A DNA stretch of 64,000 nucleotides, taken from an uncultured Desulfarculus sp. Its GTDB lineage: Bacteria; Desulfobacterota; Desulfarculia; Desulfarculales; Desulfarculaceae. Below are positions 17,409-27,745 of this stretch, in pieces (position 1 is the first letter of the stretch; each line of letters opens with the position of its first letter). The stretch covers positions 480,001 through 544,000 of the forward strand of contig CAXXUK010000001.1 in the NCBI GenBank assembly GCA_963665125.2, in the 5' to 3' direction. The notes beneath the pieces were generated by a model. That model worked only from the letters and a program-made list of their open reading frames with translations, was not told the origin of the DNA and made no database searches. Both the position numbers and the translations under genes were made by a program.

Positions 17409-17422
17409 CTTAGGAGGGAGAT

Positions 17423-17761
17423 ATGGACCAAAGAACCAAACTCAGAATGGAAGCCAGGGCCAAGGTGCTAAAGGCCATGGCCCATCCCTCGCGGTTGTTC
17501 ATCGTCGATACGCTGGCTAATGGCGAGTGTAGCGTGGCCGAGTTGACCAAGCTTATCGGCTGTGACATGTCCACCGTGAGCAAGCATCTGGCCCAACTAA
17601 AGGCTGCGGGCATCGTCAGCGACCGCCGCGAGGCCTCCCAGGTTTTTTACAGCCTCACCGCGCCGTGCGTGATGGGCTTTTTCGATTGTATTGAAAACGT
17701 CCTCCGGCAGGGTCTGCAGACCCAGATCGAGCTGGTGGATGCGGTGGTGGAGCGGAACTGA
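17423..17761 (+). CDS. ArsR-family transcriptional regulator
   Basis: LKAMAHPSRL, ECSVAEL, STVSKHL and PCVMGFFDC motifs. Confidence 0.92.
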   Translation: MDQRTKLRMEARAKVLKAMAHPSRLFIVDTLANGECSVAELTKLIGCDMSTVSKHLAQLKAAGIVSDRREASQVFYSLTAPCVMGFFDCIENVLRQGLQTQIELVDAVVERN

Positions 17762-18948
17762 TGGAACAGTCACACAAGGATGAGTTGAAGAAATTTATCT
17801 GGCTGGTGTTGGGCTTTTCGTCGGCCTATTTTATTCCCTGGGGATCGGCTACCGTCAGCGGCGCCGTGAACGAGGCCTTCCTGATGCTCCAGGAATACGC
17901 CCGGGAGCACGTGCTGCTGTGCCTGGTTCCGGCTTTCTTCATCGCCGGCGCCATCGCCGTGTTCGTCAGCCAGGCCGCCGTGCTCAAGTACTTCGGCCCC
18001 AAGGCCAAGAAGCTGCTGAGCTACTCGGTGGCCTCGGTCTCCGGTTCGGTGTTGGCCGTGTGCTCGTGCACGGTGCTGCCGCTGTTCGCGGGCATCTACG
18101 CCAGGGGCGCGGGCATCGGCCCGGCAACGGCCTTTCTTTACAGCGGCCCGGCCATCAACGTCCTGGCCGTGGTGCTTACGGCCCAGATCCTGGGCTGGAA
18201 GCTTGGCTTGGCCAGGGCCATCGGCGCGATCCTTTTCGCCATTGTCACCGGACTGCTGATGGCCTTTTTCTTCCGCAAGGACGAGGCCCAGCGCCAGGCC
18301 GGCGAGATATTCCTGCCCGAGAGCGAGGACACCGGCCGGGCCTTGTGGCAGGACGGCGCCTTCATGCTGGGTCTGGTGCTGATCCTGATTTCGGCCACCC
18401 TGCACGCGCCAGAGCCCGGCAGCCAAGGCCTGTACGCGGCCATCTTCGGGGCCAAGTGGTGGATCGTCGCGGCCCTGCTCATCGCCACTGGCCTGATGCT
18501 TTGGCGCTGGTTCGCCAAGTGGGAAATGACGGCCTGGGTCGACAGCACCTGGGGCTTCGCCAAGCAGATATTCCCCTTGCTGGCCATGGGCGTCTTGGCC
18601 GCCGGTTTCCTGCTGGGCCGCCCAGACCACCACGGCGTCATTCCGGAGGAATGGGTGCAAATGATGGTGGGCGGCAACGGCATTGGAGCCAATTTCTTCT
18701 CAGCCCTGGCCGGAGCCTTCATGTACTTCGCCACCCTTACCGAGGTGCCGATCCTTCAGGGCCTTTTGGGCAAGGGCATGGGCCAGGGTCCCGCCTTGGC
18801 CCTGATGCTGGCCGGACCGGCCCTGTCGCTGCCCAATATGCTGGTCATCGCCAGCGTCATGGGCTGGAAGAAGACCACGGTGTTCTGCGCGATAATCGTG
18901 GTTATGTCCACCTTGGCGGGAGTCATTTACGGGAGCATGGTGGCCTGA
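17761..18948 (+). CDS. DUF318/ArsP-like permease
   Basis: LAVCSCTVLPLF, LYSGPAINV, MYFATLTEVP and GPALSLP motifs. Confidence 0.9.
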   Translation: MEQSHKDELKKFIWLVLGFSSAYFIPWGSATVSGAVNEAFLMLQEYAREHVLLCLVPAFFIAGAIAVFVSQAAVLKYFGPKAKKLLSYSVASVSGSVLAVCSCTVLPLFAGIYARGAGIGPATAFLYSGPAINVLAVVLTAQILGWKLGLARAIGAILFAIVTGLLMAFFFRKDEAQRQAGEIFLPESEDTGRALWQDGAFMLGLVLILISATLHAPEPGSQGLYAAIFGAKWWIVAALLIATGLMLWRWFAKWEMTAWVDSTWGFAKQIFPLLAMGVLAAGFLLGRPDHHGVIPEEWVQMMVGGNGIGANFFSALAGAFMYFATLTEVPILQGLLGKGMGQGPALALMLAGPALSLPNMLVIASVMGWKKTTVFCAIIVVMSTLAGVIYGSMVA

Positions 18949-18949
18949 C

Positions 18950-19453
18950 ATGGGCGATGACAGCCGCATAATCAAGGTGGGCCAGAACAAGGTCGGCCTG
19001 CGGGGCCTGGATCAGGCCGTGGCTGAAATGACCGCGGAGTGGGCGAGCCGCCCTGACGGCGAAATCGGGATGGAGCTTGCCCGGCGCATGCAAAAGCAGA
19101 ACTACATCTCCGACGCGGCTCTGGATAAATACGCCAAGGCCCTGGCCGGGCATTTCCGGCGGGAAACAGGAAGCGCTACCATTGGCGACAGTGCTACGGA
19201 AAGCGGCGCGCTGGAAATCCGGGTCCTGGGCATAGGCTGCTCCCAATGCACCCGCCTGACCCAGTTGGCCATGGAGGCCGTGGCCCAGCTGGGCCTGCCC
19301 GCCGACGTGGAGCACATAATCGACGTCAAACAAATAGCGTCCTACGGAGTGATCGGCTCGCCCGCCCTGCTCATCGCGGGCAAGGCCGTGGCCGTGGGTC
19401 ACGTGCCGTCCAAGGAACGCATAATTAAGTGGCTTGAGCAATACACCAATTAA
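18950..19453 (+). CDS. Thioredoxin-family (small redox-active disulfide) protein with N-terminal extension
   Basis: C-terminal EIRVLGIGCSQC...YGVIGSPAL domain. Confidence 0.85.
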   Translation: MGDDSRIIKVGQNKVGLRGLDQAVAEMTAEWASRPDGEIGMELARRMQKQNYISDAALDKYAKALAGHFRRETGSATIGDSATESGALEIRVLGIGCSQCTRLTQLAMEAVAQLGLPADVEHIIDVKQIASYGVIGSPALLIAGKAVAVGHVPSKERIIKWLEQYTN

Positions 19454-19472
19454 CCAAGAGAGGTTGTTTGAA

Positions 19473-19706
19473 ATGAAAATTAAAGTATTGGGACCCGGAT
19501 GCGCGAAGTGCCAAAAAACCTATGATCTGGTCAACGAGGCCCTGGCCGACAGTGGGCAACAGGCCGATGTGGAAAAGGTCACCGGAATGATGGACATCGC
19601 GGCCTATGGCGTGATGGGCACCCCGGCGGTTGTTGTGGACGAGAAGGTAAAGTGCGTCGGCAAGATTCCGTCCAAGGATGAGATCATCTCCTGGATCAAA
19701 GGCTGA
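19473..19706 (+). CDS. Small redox-active disulfide protein (MTH895/ArsE-like thioredoxin)
   Basis: MKIKVLGPGCAKC...YGVMGTPAVVVD. Confidence 0.92.
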   Translation: MKIKVLGPGCAKCQKTYDLVNEALADSGQQADVEKVTGMMDIAAYGVMGTPAVVVDEKVKCVGKIPSKDEIISWIKG

Positions 19707-19948
19707 TACTCTAAAATTTTTAGGGTGTTGGGTGCAATAGCGCCGGGTAGTGTTGGAAATCGCCACTCTAATGGTAATATTTACTAAATCGTGTTTCGAA
19801 CGATAAAAGATGTTTAGGCGGCGACGGTGCTGTTTAAACTGGTAATGGAAATATGTAATAATCAGTTGCTTAATTGACTGTTACCCGGTTTGATGCACCG
19901 AACGTGAGTTGCGATCCAATACAAATAATTGGCGGGAGATATCATTTG

Positions 19949-20323
19949 ATGACCACATTCAGGTTGGCCGTAATCACCTTGGCAATATTCATCGTTTCCA
20001 CTGCTTGGGCAGCCCCCAAGGTGGAGCAAGGCAACGAGCCGGTAAAGGGCATGAAGACCCTGATCCAGGGCGGTTACTCCAAATGCGGTTTTTGCACGGT
20101 CATGGAGCCAACCATCGAGTACCTGGATAAACAATTCAAGGACAAGCTGGCCGTGCGTTATGTCGATGTGCTCAAGGACGTCGCATTCCGGCAAAAGTAC
20201 GGTATCGACTCCGCCCCGGTGCAGCTTTTGTTTGACGACAAGGGCAAGCTGGTGATGACCCACGTGGGCTTTTGCACCAAGGATGAACTCCTGGAGATGC
20301 TCAAAGAGCACGGCATCCAGTAG
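19949..20323 (+). CDS. Exported thioredoxin-family protein
   Basis: Signal peptide (…IVSTAWA), CGFC motif, APVQLLFD..G and HVGF. Confidence 0.85.
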   Translation: MTTFRLAVITLAIFIVSTAWAAPKVEQGNEPVKGMKTLIQGGYSKCGFCTVMEPTIEYLDKQFKDKLAVRYVDVLKDVAFRQKYGIDSAPVQLLFDDKGKLVMTHVGFCTKDELLEMLKEHGIQ

Positions 20324-20503
20324 CCTCCGCCGCGAAACGGGCAACAAATCAGACGCCGCTCCTCATCAGGGGCGGCATTTGTTTATAGCTTGCAACCGCT
20401 GTTTGACACCTCGGATTTGTTGAAATATTCTTGTGATTCGTTTTAACAAGGCGGGTCCGGCCTTCGGGCCTTTGCACATATTAAATAACCGCGGAGAATT
20501 ACC

Positions 20504-22006
20504 ATGCGCCCTGAACAGTTCGCACCAGAGGATCAAAAGCACCTGCTGCCCCAACCCGGCGGCCGGTTGGCCTACCGCTGCCTGGGCTGCGGCAAGACCC
20601 ATGGCATTGACGAACTGCTCTACACCTGCATCGAGTGTGGCCAGGTCCTTTTGATCGAAGACCAGGACTTCGACCGCCTCAAGCGGATCGACGGCCCCGG
20701 CTGGCGGCGCATCTTCGACCTGCGGCGCATGCTCAACATCACGGCGCTCAAAGGCATCTTCCGCTATGCCGAACTGATGGCCCCGGTGGTGCCCCTGGAT
20801 TCGGTCTTGTACCTGGGCGAGGGCCACACGCCCATTGTCGAGGCCAGTCCGCTGTTAAAGCAAACGCTGGGTCTTGATTTCGCCTTTAAGAACGACGGCC
20901 AGAACCCCAGCGCCTCGTTCAAGGACCGGGGCATGGCCGTGGCCCTGAGCTATATCAACTACCTGATCAGGCACAAGGACGCCGGCGAGATCCTGAGCAT
21001 CTGCGCCAGCACGGGCGACACGTCCGCCGCGGCGGCCCTGTACGGAGCGTACCTTGCCCCGACCGTGAAAAGCGCGGTGCTCCTGCCCAGGGGCAAGGTT
21101 ACGCCCCAGCAGCTCAGCCAGCCCCTGGGCTCGGGCGCGGCGGTGATGGAGATCCCCGGCGTATTTGACGACTGCATGAAGGTCGTCGAGCACTTGGCCG
21201 AAAACTACAAGGTGGCGCTTCTCAACAGCAAGAACGCCTGGCGCATCCTGGGCCAGGAGTCATATTCCTACGAGATCGCCCAGGACCTGGATTATGACCT
21301 GACGGGCCAGGCCGTGTTCGTGCCCATCGGCAATGCGGGAAACGTCAGCGCGGTTATGAGCGGCTTCATGAAGCTCTATGACCTGGGCATCATCACCAGC
21401 CTGCCTAAGGTCATCGGCGTGCAGAGCCACCACGCCGACCCGGTGTTCCAGTATTACCTGGAGCCCGACGGCGCCAAGCGGGTCTGGCGGCCGGTGACCG
21501 TGCAGGCCTCGGTGGCCCAAGCGGCCATGATCGGCAACCCGGTGTCCATGCCCAGGGTCATCGAGCTGGCCAACCGCTACGAGGCCATCTACGGCGGCGG
21601 CGGGTTTTACGTGGTCCAGGTGGCCGAGCAGGAGATCATGGACAACATGATCCTTGCCAACCGCCACGGCCATATCGTTTGCACCCAGGGCGGCGAATCT
21701 CTGGCCGGTTTGGCCGCGGCCAAACAGGCGGGCGTGATTTCGGATAACGAACACGCCATCTGCGACGCCACGGCCCACCACCTGAAGTTCATCGGCTTTC
21801 AGCAGATGTACTTTGAAGACAGTTTTCCGCCGGAGTTCGGCGTCAAGCCCCGCAAGGACCTGGTCAACATGCCCCAGGAAGTGGCGGCCCTGCCCGAGGA
21901 CCAGCTTCCCGCGCCGGGCAAGCCTCTGGAGGCCGAGGCCTTCCGCCGTTTTGTCGAGGCCACCTCGGGTGAAGTGGCCAAGCGTTTGGGCCTGGAGAAA
22001 AAGTAA
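20504..22006 (+). CDS. thrC: Threonine synthase
   Basis: NPSASFKDRGM (PLP Lys), CASTGDTSA and VPIGNAGN motifs. Confidence 0.95.
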   Translation: MRPEQFAPEDQKHLLPQPGGRLAYRCLGCGKTHGIDELLYTCIECGQVLLIEDQDFDRLKRIDGPGWRRIFDLRRMLNITALKGIFRYAELMAPVVPLDSVLYLGEGHTPIVEASPLLKQTLGLDFAFKNDGQNPSASFKDRGMAVALSYINYLIRHKDAGEILSICASTGDTSAAAALYGAYLAPTVKSAVLLPRGKVTPQQLSQPLGSGAAVMEIPGVFDDCMKVVEHLAENYKVALLNSKNAWRILGQESYSYEIAQDLDYDLTGQAVFVPIGNAGNVSAVMSGFMKLYDLGIITSLPKVIGVQSHHADPVFQYYLEPDGAKRVWRPVTVQASVAQAAMIGNPVSMPRVIELANRYEAIYGGGGFYVVQVAEQEIMDNMILANRHGHIVCTQGGESLAGLAAAKQAGVISDNEHAICDATAHHLKFIGFQQMYFEDSFPPEFGVKPRKDLVNMPQEVAALPEDQLPAPGKPLEAEAFRRFVEATSGEVAKRLGLEKK

Positions 22007-22434
22007 TGGGTGTTTTTGATGCCGAACCATTGAGCGATGACGGCGGCTGCTTTGCCTGCGGAAAGACCAACCCCCGGGGCCTGCGCATGGTGGTGGAGTA
22101 TGAAGGCGACGAGGCGGTCTGCCGCATAAACCTGCCCGGTGAATACCAGGGCTGGCCGGGCATCGCCCACGGCGGCATAGTGGCCGTTTTGCTGGATGAA
22201 ATCATGGCCCACGCCCTGATCCATGCGGCCCGCCACGGCATCACCACCAAGATGGAGACCACCTACAAGGCCCCGGTGCATCTGGGCCGCGACCTGGAAG
22301 TGCGGGGCCGGGTGGCCAGCCTGCGCAGCCGCATGGCCGTGGTGGAGGGCTTTGTCAGCGAGGCCGAAAGCGGCAAGCTGCTGGCCCAGAGCAAGGCCGA
22401 CTTTTTGCTGCGGCGGGGCGCGGAAGAGCGGTGA
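22006..22434 (+). CDS. PaaI-family thioesterase
   Basis: CFACG..NP.GL and GIAHGGIVAVLLDE motifs. Confidence 0.9.
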   Translation: MGVFDAEPLSDDGGCFACGKTNPRGLRMVVEYEGDEAVCRINLPGEYQGWPGIAHGGIVAVLLDEIMAHALIHAARHGITTKMETTYKAPVHLGRDLEVRGRVASLRSRMAVVEGFVSEAESGKLLAQSKADFLLRRGAEER

Positions 22435-22904
22435 AGCAGGCGCTGCTCACCGTGGGCAAACCTTCGGCCAAGTATGTGGCCCAGGGCCTGGACGACTATG
22501 CCGGGCGCATGAAGCAATTCGGCGGTATGGAGCTTGTCCACGTTCGGGCGGCCAAGGCCTCCAAGAACCGTTCGCCGGCCGAGATCATGGCCGAGGATGC
22601 CCAGCGGATTCTGGCCAAGCTTGAGCCGGCCGATCTGGTTTGGGTCTTGGACGTGGCGGGCAAGGCCTGGACCAGCCACGAGTGGGCCTCGGAGGTGGAA
22701 AACGCCCGGCTCAGCGGCAAACGGCGGCTGGTGTTGGTGGTCGGCGGGCATCTTGGATTCGCGCCCGAGGTATTGCAACGGGCCGACCAGCGCATCAGCT
22801 TCGGGCCCCAGACCATGGCCCACGAATTGGCGGCCCTGGTGGCGGCCGAACAGATCTACCGGGCCTGCACCATCCTGGCGGGCATGCCCTATCACCGGGA
22901 ATGA
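22431..22904 (+). CDS. rlmH: 23S rRNA pseudouridine-1915 N3-methyltransferase
   Basis: VGK, LDVAGK, VGGHLG, EQIYRA and C-terminal PYHRE motifs. Confidence 0.95.
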   Translation: MKQALLTVGKPSAKYVAQGLDDYAGRMKQFGGMELVHVRAAKASKNRSPAEIMAEDAQRILAKLEPADLVWVLDVAGKAWTSHEWASEVENARLSGKRRLVLVVGGHLGFAPEVLQRADQRISFGPQTMAHELAALVAAEQIYRACTILAGMPYHRE

Positions 22905-22907
22905 TCT

Positions 22908-23501
22908 CTAGCTGGCCAAGGTTTCCATGGCCGGGGGATTGTCGACAATGCTCTTGGCCGCCAGCCCGATACTCGTCCGGGCGTCGTCGGCCATTTTTTG
23001 CAGATAGTCTTCCGCCTGAATGGGATCCCAGTCCATTTTCGACATCAGGATTCCCTTGGCCCGCTCTACAAACTTGCGTTGCTCCAACTCCGTGCGCCTT
23101 TCGGCGCTGTCCTGGGCCAGCTTGGCCAGGCGTATACGGTTTTTCATGGCCAAGTCAATGGATATTGCCAGGTGGCGCGTGTCGATGGGCCTGAGCGCCA
23201 ATGCGTCGATGGGTATGCGCGCCTTTCTGACGGCATCGGAGGCCTGTTCAGGATCGGCCAGCAGCACCACGGCCGAAGACGCAAGGGCCGCCAGCGTGGG
23301 GGCAGGGGCCCTGCGAAGCTGATCTTCATCCACGATCACGGCCAGCGGTTGTCGGCGGCGGCAAAGATCCTCGACCAGTTCGATGTCGGTTAGGCAGGCG
23401 CAGACATTGATCCCATGGACCTTGAGACCGGCCGAGATATATTCGGCCTGCTTTCGGTCTTCGGAGACGATGATAATCTCTAGGTCGACTGTTTGTTCCA
23501 T
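22908..23501 (-). CDS. ANTAR-domain response regulator
   Basis: Receiver-like N-terminus; C-terminal LEQRKFVERAKGILM...AEDYLQKMA ANTAR motif. Confidence 0.88.
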   Translation of the reverse strand: MEQTVDLEIIIVSEDRKQAEYISAGLKVHGINVCACLTDIELVEDLCRRRQPLAVIVDEDQLRRAPAPTLAALASSAVVLLADPEQASDAVRKARIPIDALALRPIDTRHLAISIDLAMKNRIRLAKLAQDSAERRTELEQRKFVERAKGILMSKMDWDPIQAEDYLQKMADDARTSIGLAAKSIVDNPPAMETLAS

Positions 23502-23515
23502 TGCTGCTTTTTAGG

Positions 23516-24169
23516 CTAGTCGCTGTTGAGCCTGGCGAATTCGTCAACGGGCACTATCAGCTTGGCTGCCAGACCGTGCGGCGTATTGTCCAATTGCATG
23601 TCACCGCCCAAATCCCGTTGGGCAATGGCTTTGGCCAGGCGCAGACCCAGGCCCGCGTCCGTGTCCGGGTCGAAGTTCAGGGGTAGACCCAGCCCATTAT
23701 CCAATATCCGCAACCATAATTCATCTGAATTCTGCCCGCCATCTATGTCCAGGCGGACTTCGGTGGCGATTTGGCCGTGGACCACGCTGTTGTCGACGAT
23801 TTCACCGATCCAAAGGGCAAAAGGAGTACACAGGCGCAGGTGCAGGTTTGCATCAATAGTCTTTGCGGTGACGCTGATTTCCACACCATAACGCGAGGCG
23901 CAGCGCCGGGCAATCTCCTTGGCCAGGGAATCCAGCGAAGGCGTCTTTCCCGAGTCGGCGATCATCGCATAGGCCGAGCCGACCACGGTGATGCGTTTTT
24001 GCATGGCTTCAGAGAGGTCTTCAATGGTGCCGGCCTGGGCCTGGGCCAGAATGAGCAGGTTCAGAATGGTTTGCAGATCATTTTTAACGCGGTGACAAAC
24101 GCGCCTGGTTGTCTGGGCGACGGGCTCCGGTTTTTCCGGGGCGGTGGTGTTGTTTTGCGTCCCGGTCAC
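23516..24169 (-). CDS. HisKA_2-type histidine kinase without a sensor domain (PdtaS/EutW-like)
   Basis: H-box HRVKNDLQ, N-box EIVDNSVVHG, G1 DNGLGLP, G2 GLGL. Confidence 0.88.
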   Translation of the reverse strand: MTGTQNNTTAPEKPEPVAQTTRRVCHRVKNDLQTILNLLILAQAQAGTIEDLSEAMQKRITVVGSAYAMIADSGKTPSLDSLAKEIARRCASRYGVEISVTAKTIDANLHLRLCTPFALWIGEIVDNSVVHGQIATEVRLDIDGGQNSDELWLRILDNGLGLPLNFDPDTDAGLGLRLAKAIAQRDLGGDMQLDNTPHGLAAKLIVPVDEFARLNSD

Positions 24170-24221
24170 TCTGTCCTCGGGTTTGGTGGGCTGCGCCGCC
24201 GGTGGGGCGGCGCAGCGGCCG

Positions 24222-24443
24222 CTATACGGATTCGACTTTTTGTACCTCGGGAATGTGCTGCTTGAGAACTTTTTCGATGCCCATCTTAAGGGTCATCTGG
24301 CTCATGGGGCAACCCTTGCAGGCGCCTTGCAGTTGAACCTTGACCACGCCGTCGTCGGTAACGTCAACCAGCGCGACGTCGCCGCCGTCCTTTTGCAGGG
24401 CCGGGCGGATCTTGTCCAGGGCTTGTTTTACTTTTTCCTTCAT
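24222..24443 (-). CDS. NifU/NfuA C-terminal-domain Fe-S scaffold protein
   Basis: IRPALQKDGGDV and LQGACKGCPMSQMTLK motifs. Confidence 0.95.
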   Translation of the reverse strand: MKEKVKQALDKIRPALQKDGGDVALVDVTDDGVVKVQLQGACKGCPMSQMTLKMGIEKVLKQHIPEVQKVESV

Positions 24444-24468
24444 CGGGTTTCCTCCGGTGCCTATAAAA

Positions 24469-25362
24469 TTACAGCCCCTTGCCGGTGAGACGGGTCAAGG
24501 CCTCTAAATAGCGCGCGCGAGTGCCGTCTAGCACTTCGGCGGGCAGTTTGGGGGGCGGTGGTTGCTTGTTGAAATTGATGCTTTCCAGGTAGTCGCGCAG
24601 AAACTGCTTGTCAAAACTGTTCTGCGAGCGGCCGGCTTCGTATTCATCAGCAGGCCAGAAGCGGCTTGAATCCGGCGTGAGCACCTCGTCGATGAGGATC
24701 AACTGGTCATTGCAAATGCCGAATTCAAACTTGGTGTCGGCGATGATGATGCCCGCCTCGGCGGCCTTGTCCCGGGCCCGGCTGTAAATGGCCAGGGCGC
24801 GGTTCGACACCTGCTCGGCCAGGTCCTTGCCGAGGATCTCCTCCGTCTTTTGCAGGTCTATGTTTTCGTCGTGCTCGCCCAACTCGGCCTTGGTGCTAGG
24901 GGTGAACAGCGGGGTTTCCAGCTTTTGGCTTTCCACCAGGCCCTGGGGCAGCTTGTAGCCGCACAGCGAGCCGGTTTCCTGATAATCTTTCCAGCCACTG
25001 CCGGTGATGTAACCGCGCACGATGGCCTCGATGGGCAGGGGCTTGGCCTTTTTCACCAGCATGGCGCGGCCTTCCAACTGGTCGCGGTACTTGTGAAGCT
25101 GTTTTGGGAAATCATCGACCTCCCAGGCCACCAGGTGGTTGGGGGTGATGTCGGCCATTTGCTCGAACCAGTATAGGGAAATCTGGGTCAGAACCTTGCC
25201 TTTGTCCGGCACCGGATCGTCCATGATCACGTCAAAGGCGCTGATGCGGTCGCTGGCCACGATGAGCAGGTGTTCGCCCAGGTCGTAAATATCTCTGACC
25301 TTGCCGCGGCCCACCAGGGGTATATCTTCCAAATTTGTCTGTATTACAGGCATATTGGCCAT
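24469..25362 (-). CDS. purC: SAICAR synthetase
   Basis: [23 protein letters not shown] and [12 protein letters not shown] motifs. Confidence 0.97.
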   Translation of the reverse strand: MANMPVIQTNLEDIPLVGRGKVRDIYDLGEHLLIVASDRISAFDVIMDDPVPDKGKVLTQISLYWFEQMADITPNHLVAWEVDDFPKQLHKYRDQLEGRAMLVKKAKPLPIEAIVRGYITGSGWKDYQETGSLCGYKLPQGLVESQKLETPLFTPSTKAELGEHDENIDLQKTEEILGKDLAEQVSNRALAIYSRARDKAAEAGIIIADTKFEFGICNDQLILIDEVLTPDSSRFWPADEYEAGRSQNSFDKQFLRDYLESINFNKQPPPPKLPAEVLDGTRARYLEALTRLTGKGL

Positions 25363-25454
25363 AAATCACCTCATAATAAAAGCCCTTTCGCCCAATGCCC
25401 GGCAGCGTTGACGCGGAAGGGGAGTCAGTAGTATTGTTGGGTCTGACAGACTAA

Positions 25455-26423
<969 letters not shown>

Positions 26424-26468
26424 CCAATAAAGGCCAAATAGGCAGACAACAGTGCCGCCGGAGGGTTT

Positions 26469-27515
26469 TTACCTTGCCGGCGGCGTTGTTTTGTTGTTCT
26501 GCGGGTCGTTTGGAAATTGGAATCTTTGGCGTATTTGCAGGCCCAGAGCCTCCTGGTCCAGGGGTTTGGCCGGATCCCAAAGGGCTGACAGGGGCAACTC
26601 CGCCCGGGCCATTGATTTGTGGCCGCCCGCCGGGCCAAGCACGCCGAACGCCCGCTGAACCATCTTTCCCGCGTCGACCCGCGCCGCGACATTGCGAACG
26701 ATGACCACGACCTTGTCTTCAAACTGCCCGCTGACCACGCAGGTGTCAATGGCGGCGATTCGCTGGAAAAAGTCGGCGATCTGCACCAGGTTGTCCGGGC
26801 TGATCACCTCGCCCATGTGGGCGAAGATGCGGCGCCCCCGCAGGATATAGCTCTCCAGGGCCGTGTGGACCAATTGCAGGTCGCTCAGGCGCATTTCGCT
26901 GAAGGTGATTTTGCGCAGCACCGATTGATTGGCCTTGGAATAGAGATAGTGGAAGGCCTTGATGTCTTCGTCCAGGGCCGGTCTGCCGAAGTTGTCGGTA
27001 TCCGTGCGGATGCCGTAGATCAGGGCGGTGGCCAACCGTTCGGAGACGTTTATGCCCGCTCCCTTGAGATATTCGGTCATTATGCTACAAGTGGCGCCGT
27101 AGCGGGGCCTGATGTCTTCGTACGTGGCCTGGCGCTGGTCGGAGGTGGGGTGGTGGTCGATAACCACGTCGATGGGCGCGTCGGGAAAAAGTTCACCGTG
27201 ACGGGGCTGGCCGTCAACGATCACCCGTTTGCTGAAGGCCGCCTGGTTGACCTCCGAGATATGTTTGATCGGAATTTGCAGCAGACGGACCATGGTCAGA
27301 TTATCGGGCCGTTTTATTTCATTGATCGTGGCGATGGTGACGCCGGCCACTTTACGCCATAGCAATCTTTTAAAGGCCAGTGCTGAACCCATGGAATCCG
27401 GGTCGGCGGCGATATAGATCAGGACATGATCATCGCTTTGGAAGATATTCAGCAAGCGCCTGGTTGCCTCGGGCAGGCTGCGCGGTTTGCCAATGTCGTT
27501 TTTATTGGGCGCCAT
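26469..27515 (-). CDS. DHH-family phosphoesterase
   Basis: ADPDSMGS, VIDHHP, GIRTDT and GGHKSMA motifs. Confidence 0.9.
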   Translation of the reverse strand: MAPNKNDIGKPRSLPEATRRLLNIFQSDDHVLIYIAADPDSMGSALAFKRLLWRKVAGVTIATINEIKRPDNLTMVRLLQIPIKHISEVNQAAFSKRVIVDGQPRHGELFPDAPIDVVIDHHPTSDQRQATYEDIRPRYGATCSIMTEYLKGAGINVSERLATALIYGIRTDTDNFGRPALDEDIKAFHYLYSKANQSVLRKITFSEMRLSDLQLVHTALESYILRGRRIFAHMGEVISPDNLVQIADFFQRIAAIDTCVVSGQFEDKVVVIVRNVAARVDAGKMVQRAFGVLGPAGGHKSMARAELPLSALWDPAKPLDQEALGLQIRQRFQFPNDPQNNKTTPPAR

Positions 27516-27745
27516 ACATTCTCACGAGTTGATTGGCCACTCTCCCCTCTACTTTCCAGAGCATACACCCAGCACTTTTCGAGGACAAGCGGTTGTGTCC
27601 CAGGGCTATAACTTGACGATTATGGGGCTTGCCGGTTATATTAATTGGCTGAACACCAAGACACGCAAAATCGCAATGCCGACCGCGACGGTGATTCACA
27701 GCGGTATGGCAGCTCTCAACAAAAGCTTCCTAGGAGACAAAACAG

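Noticed and set aside
19707..19948. AT-rich intergenic stretch with an 11-codon ORF (MVIFTKSCFER)
   Set aside because: No RBS and no clear RNA structure; most likely promoter DNA for the exported thioredoxin.
20431..20449. Rex-like box TTGTGA...TTAACAA upstream of thrC
   Set aside because: The spacing is one base too long, with several mismatches.
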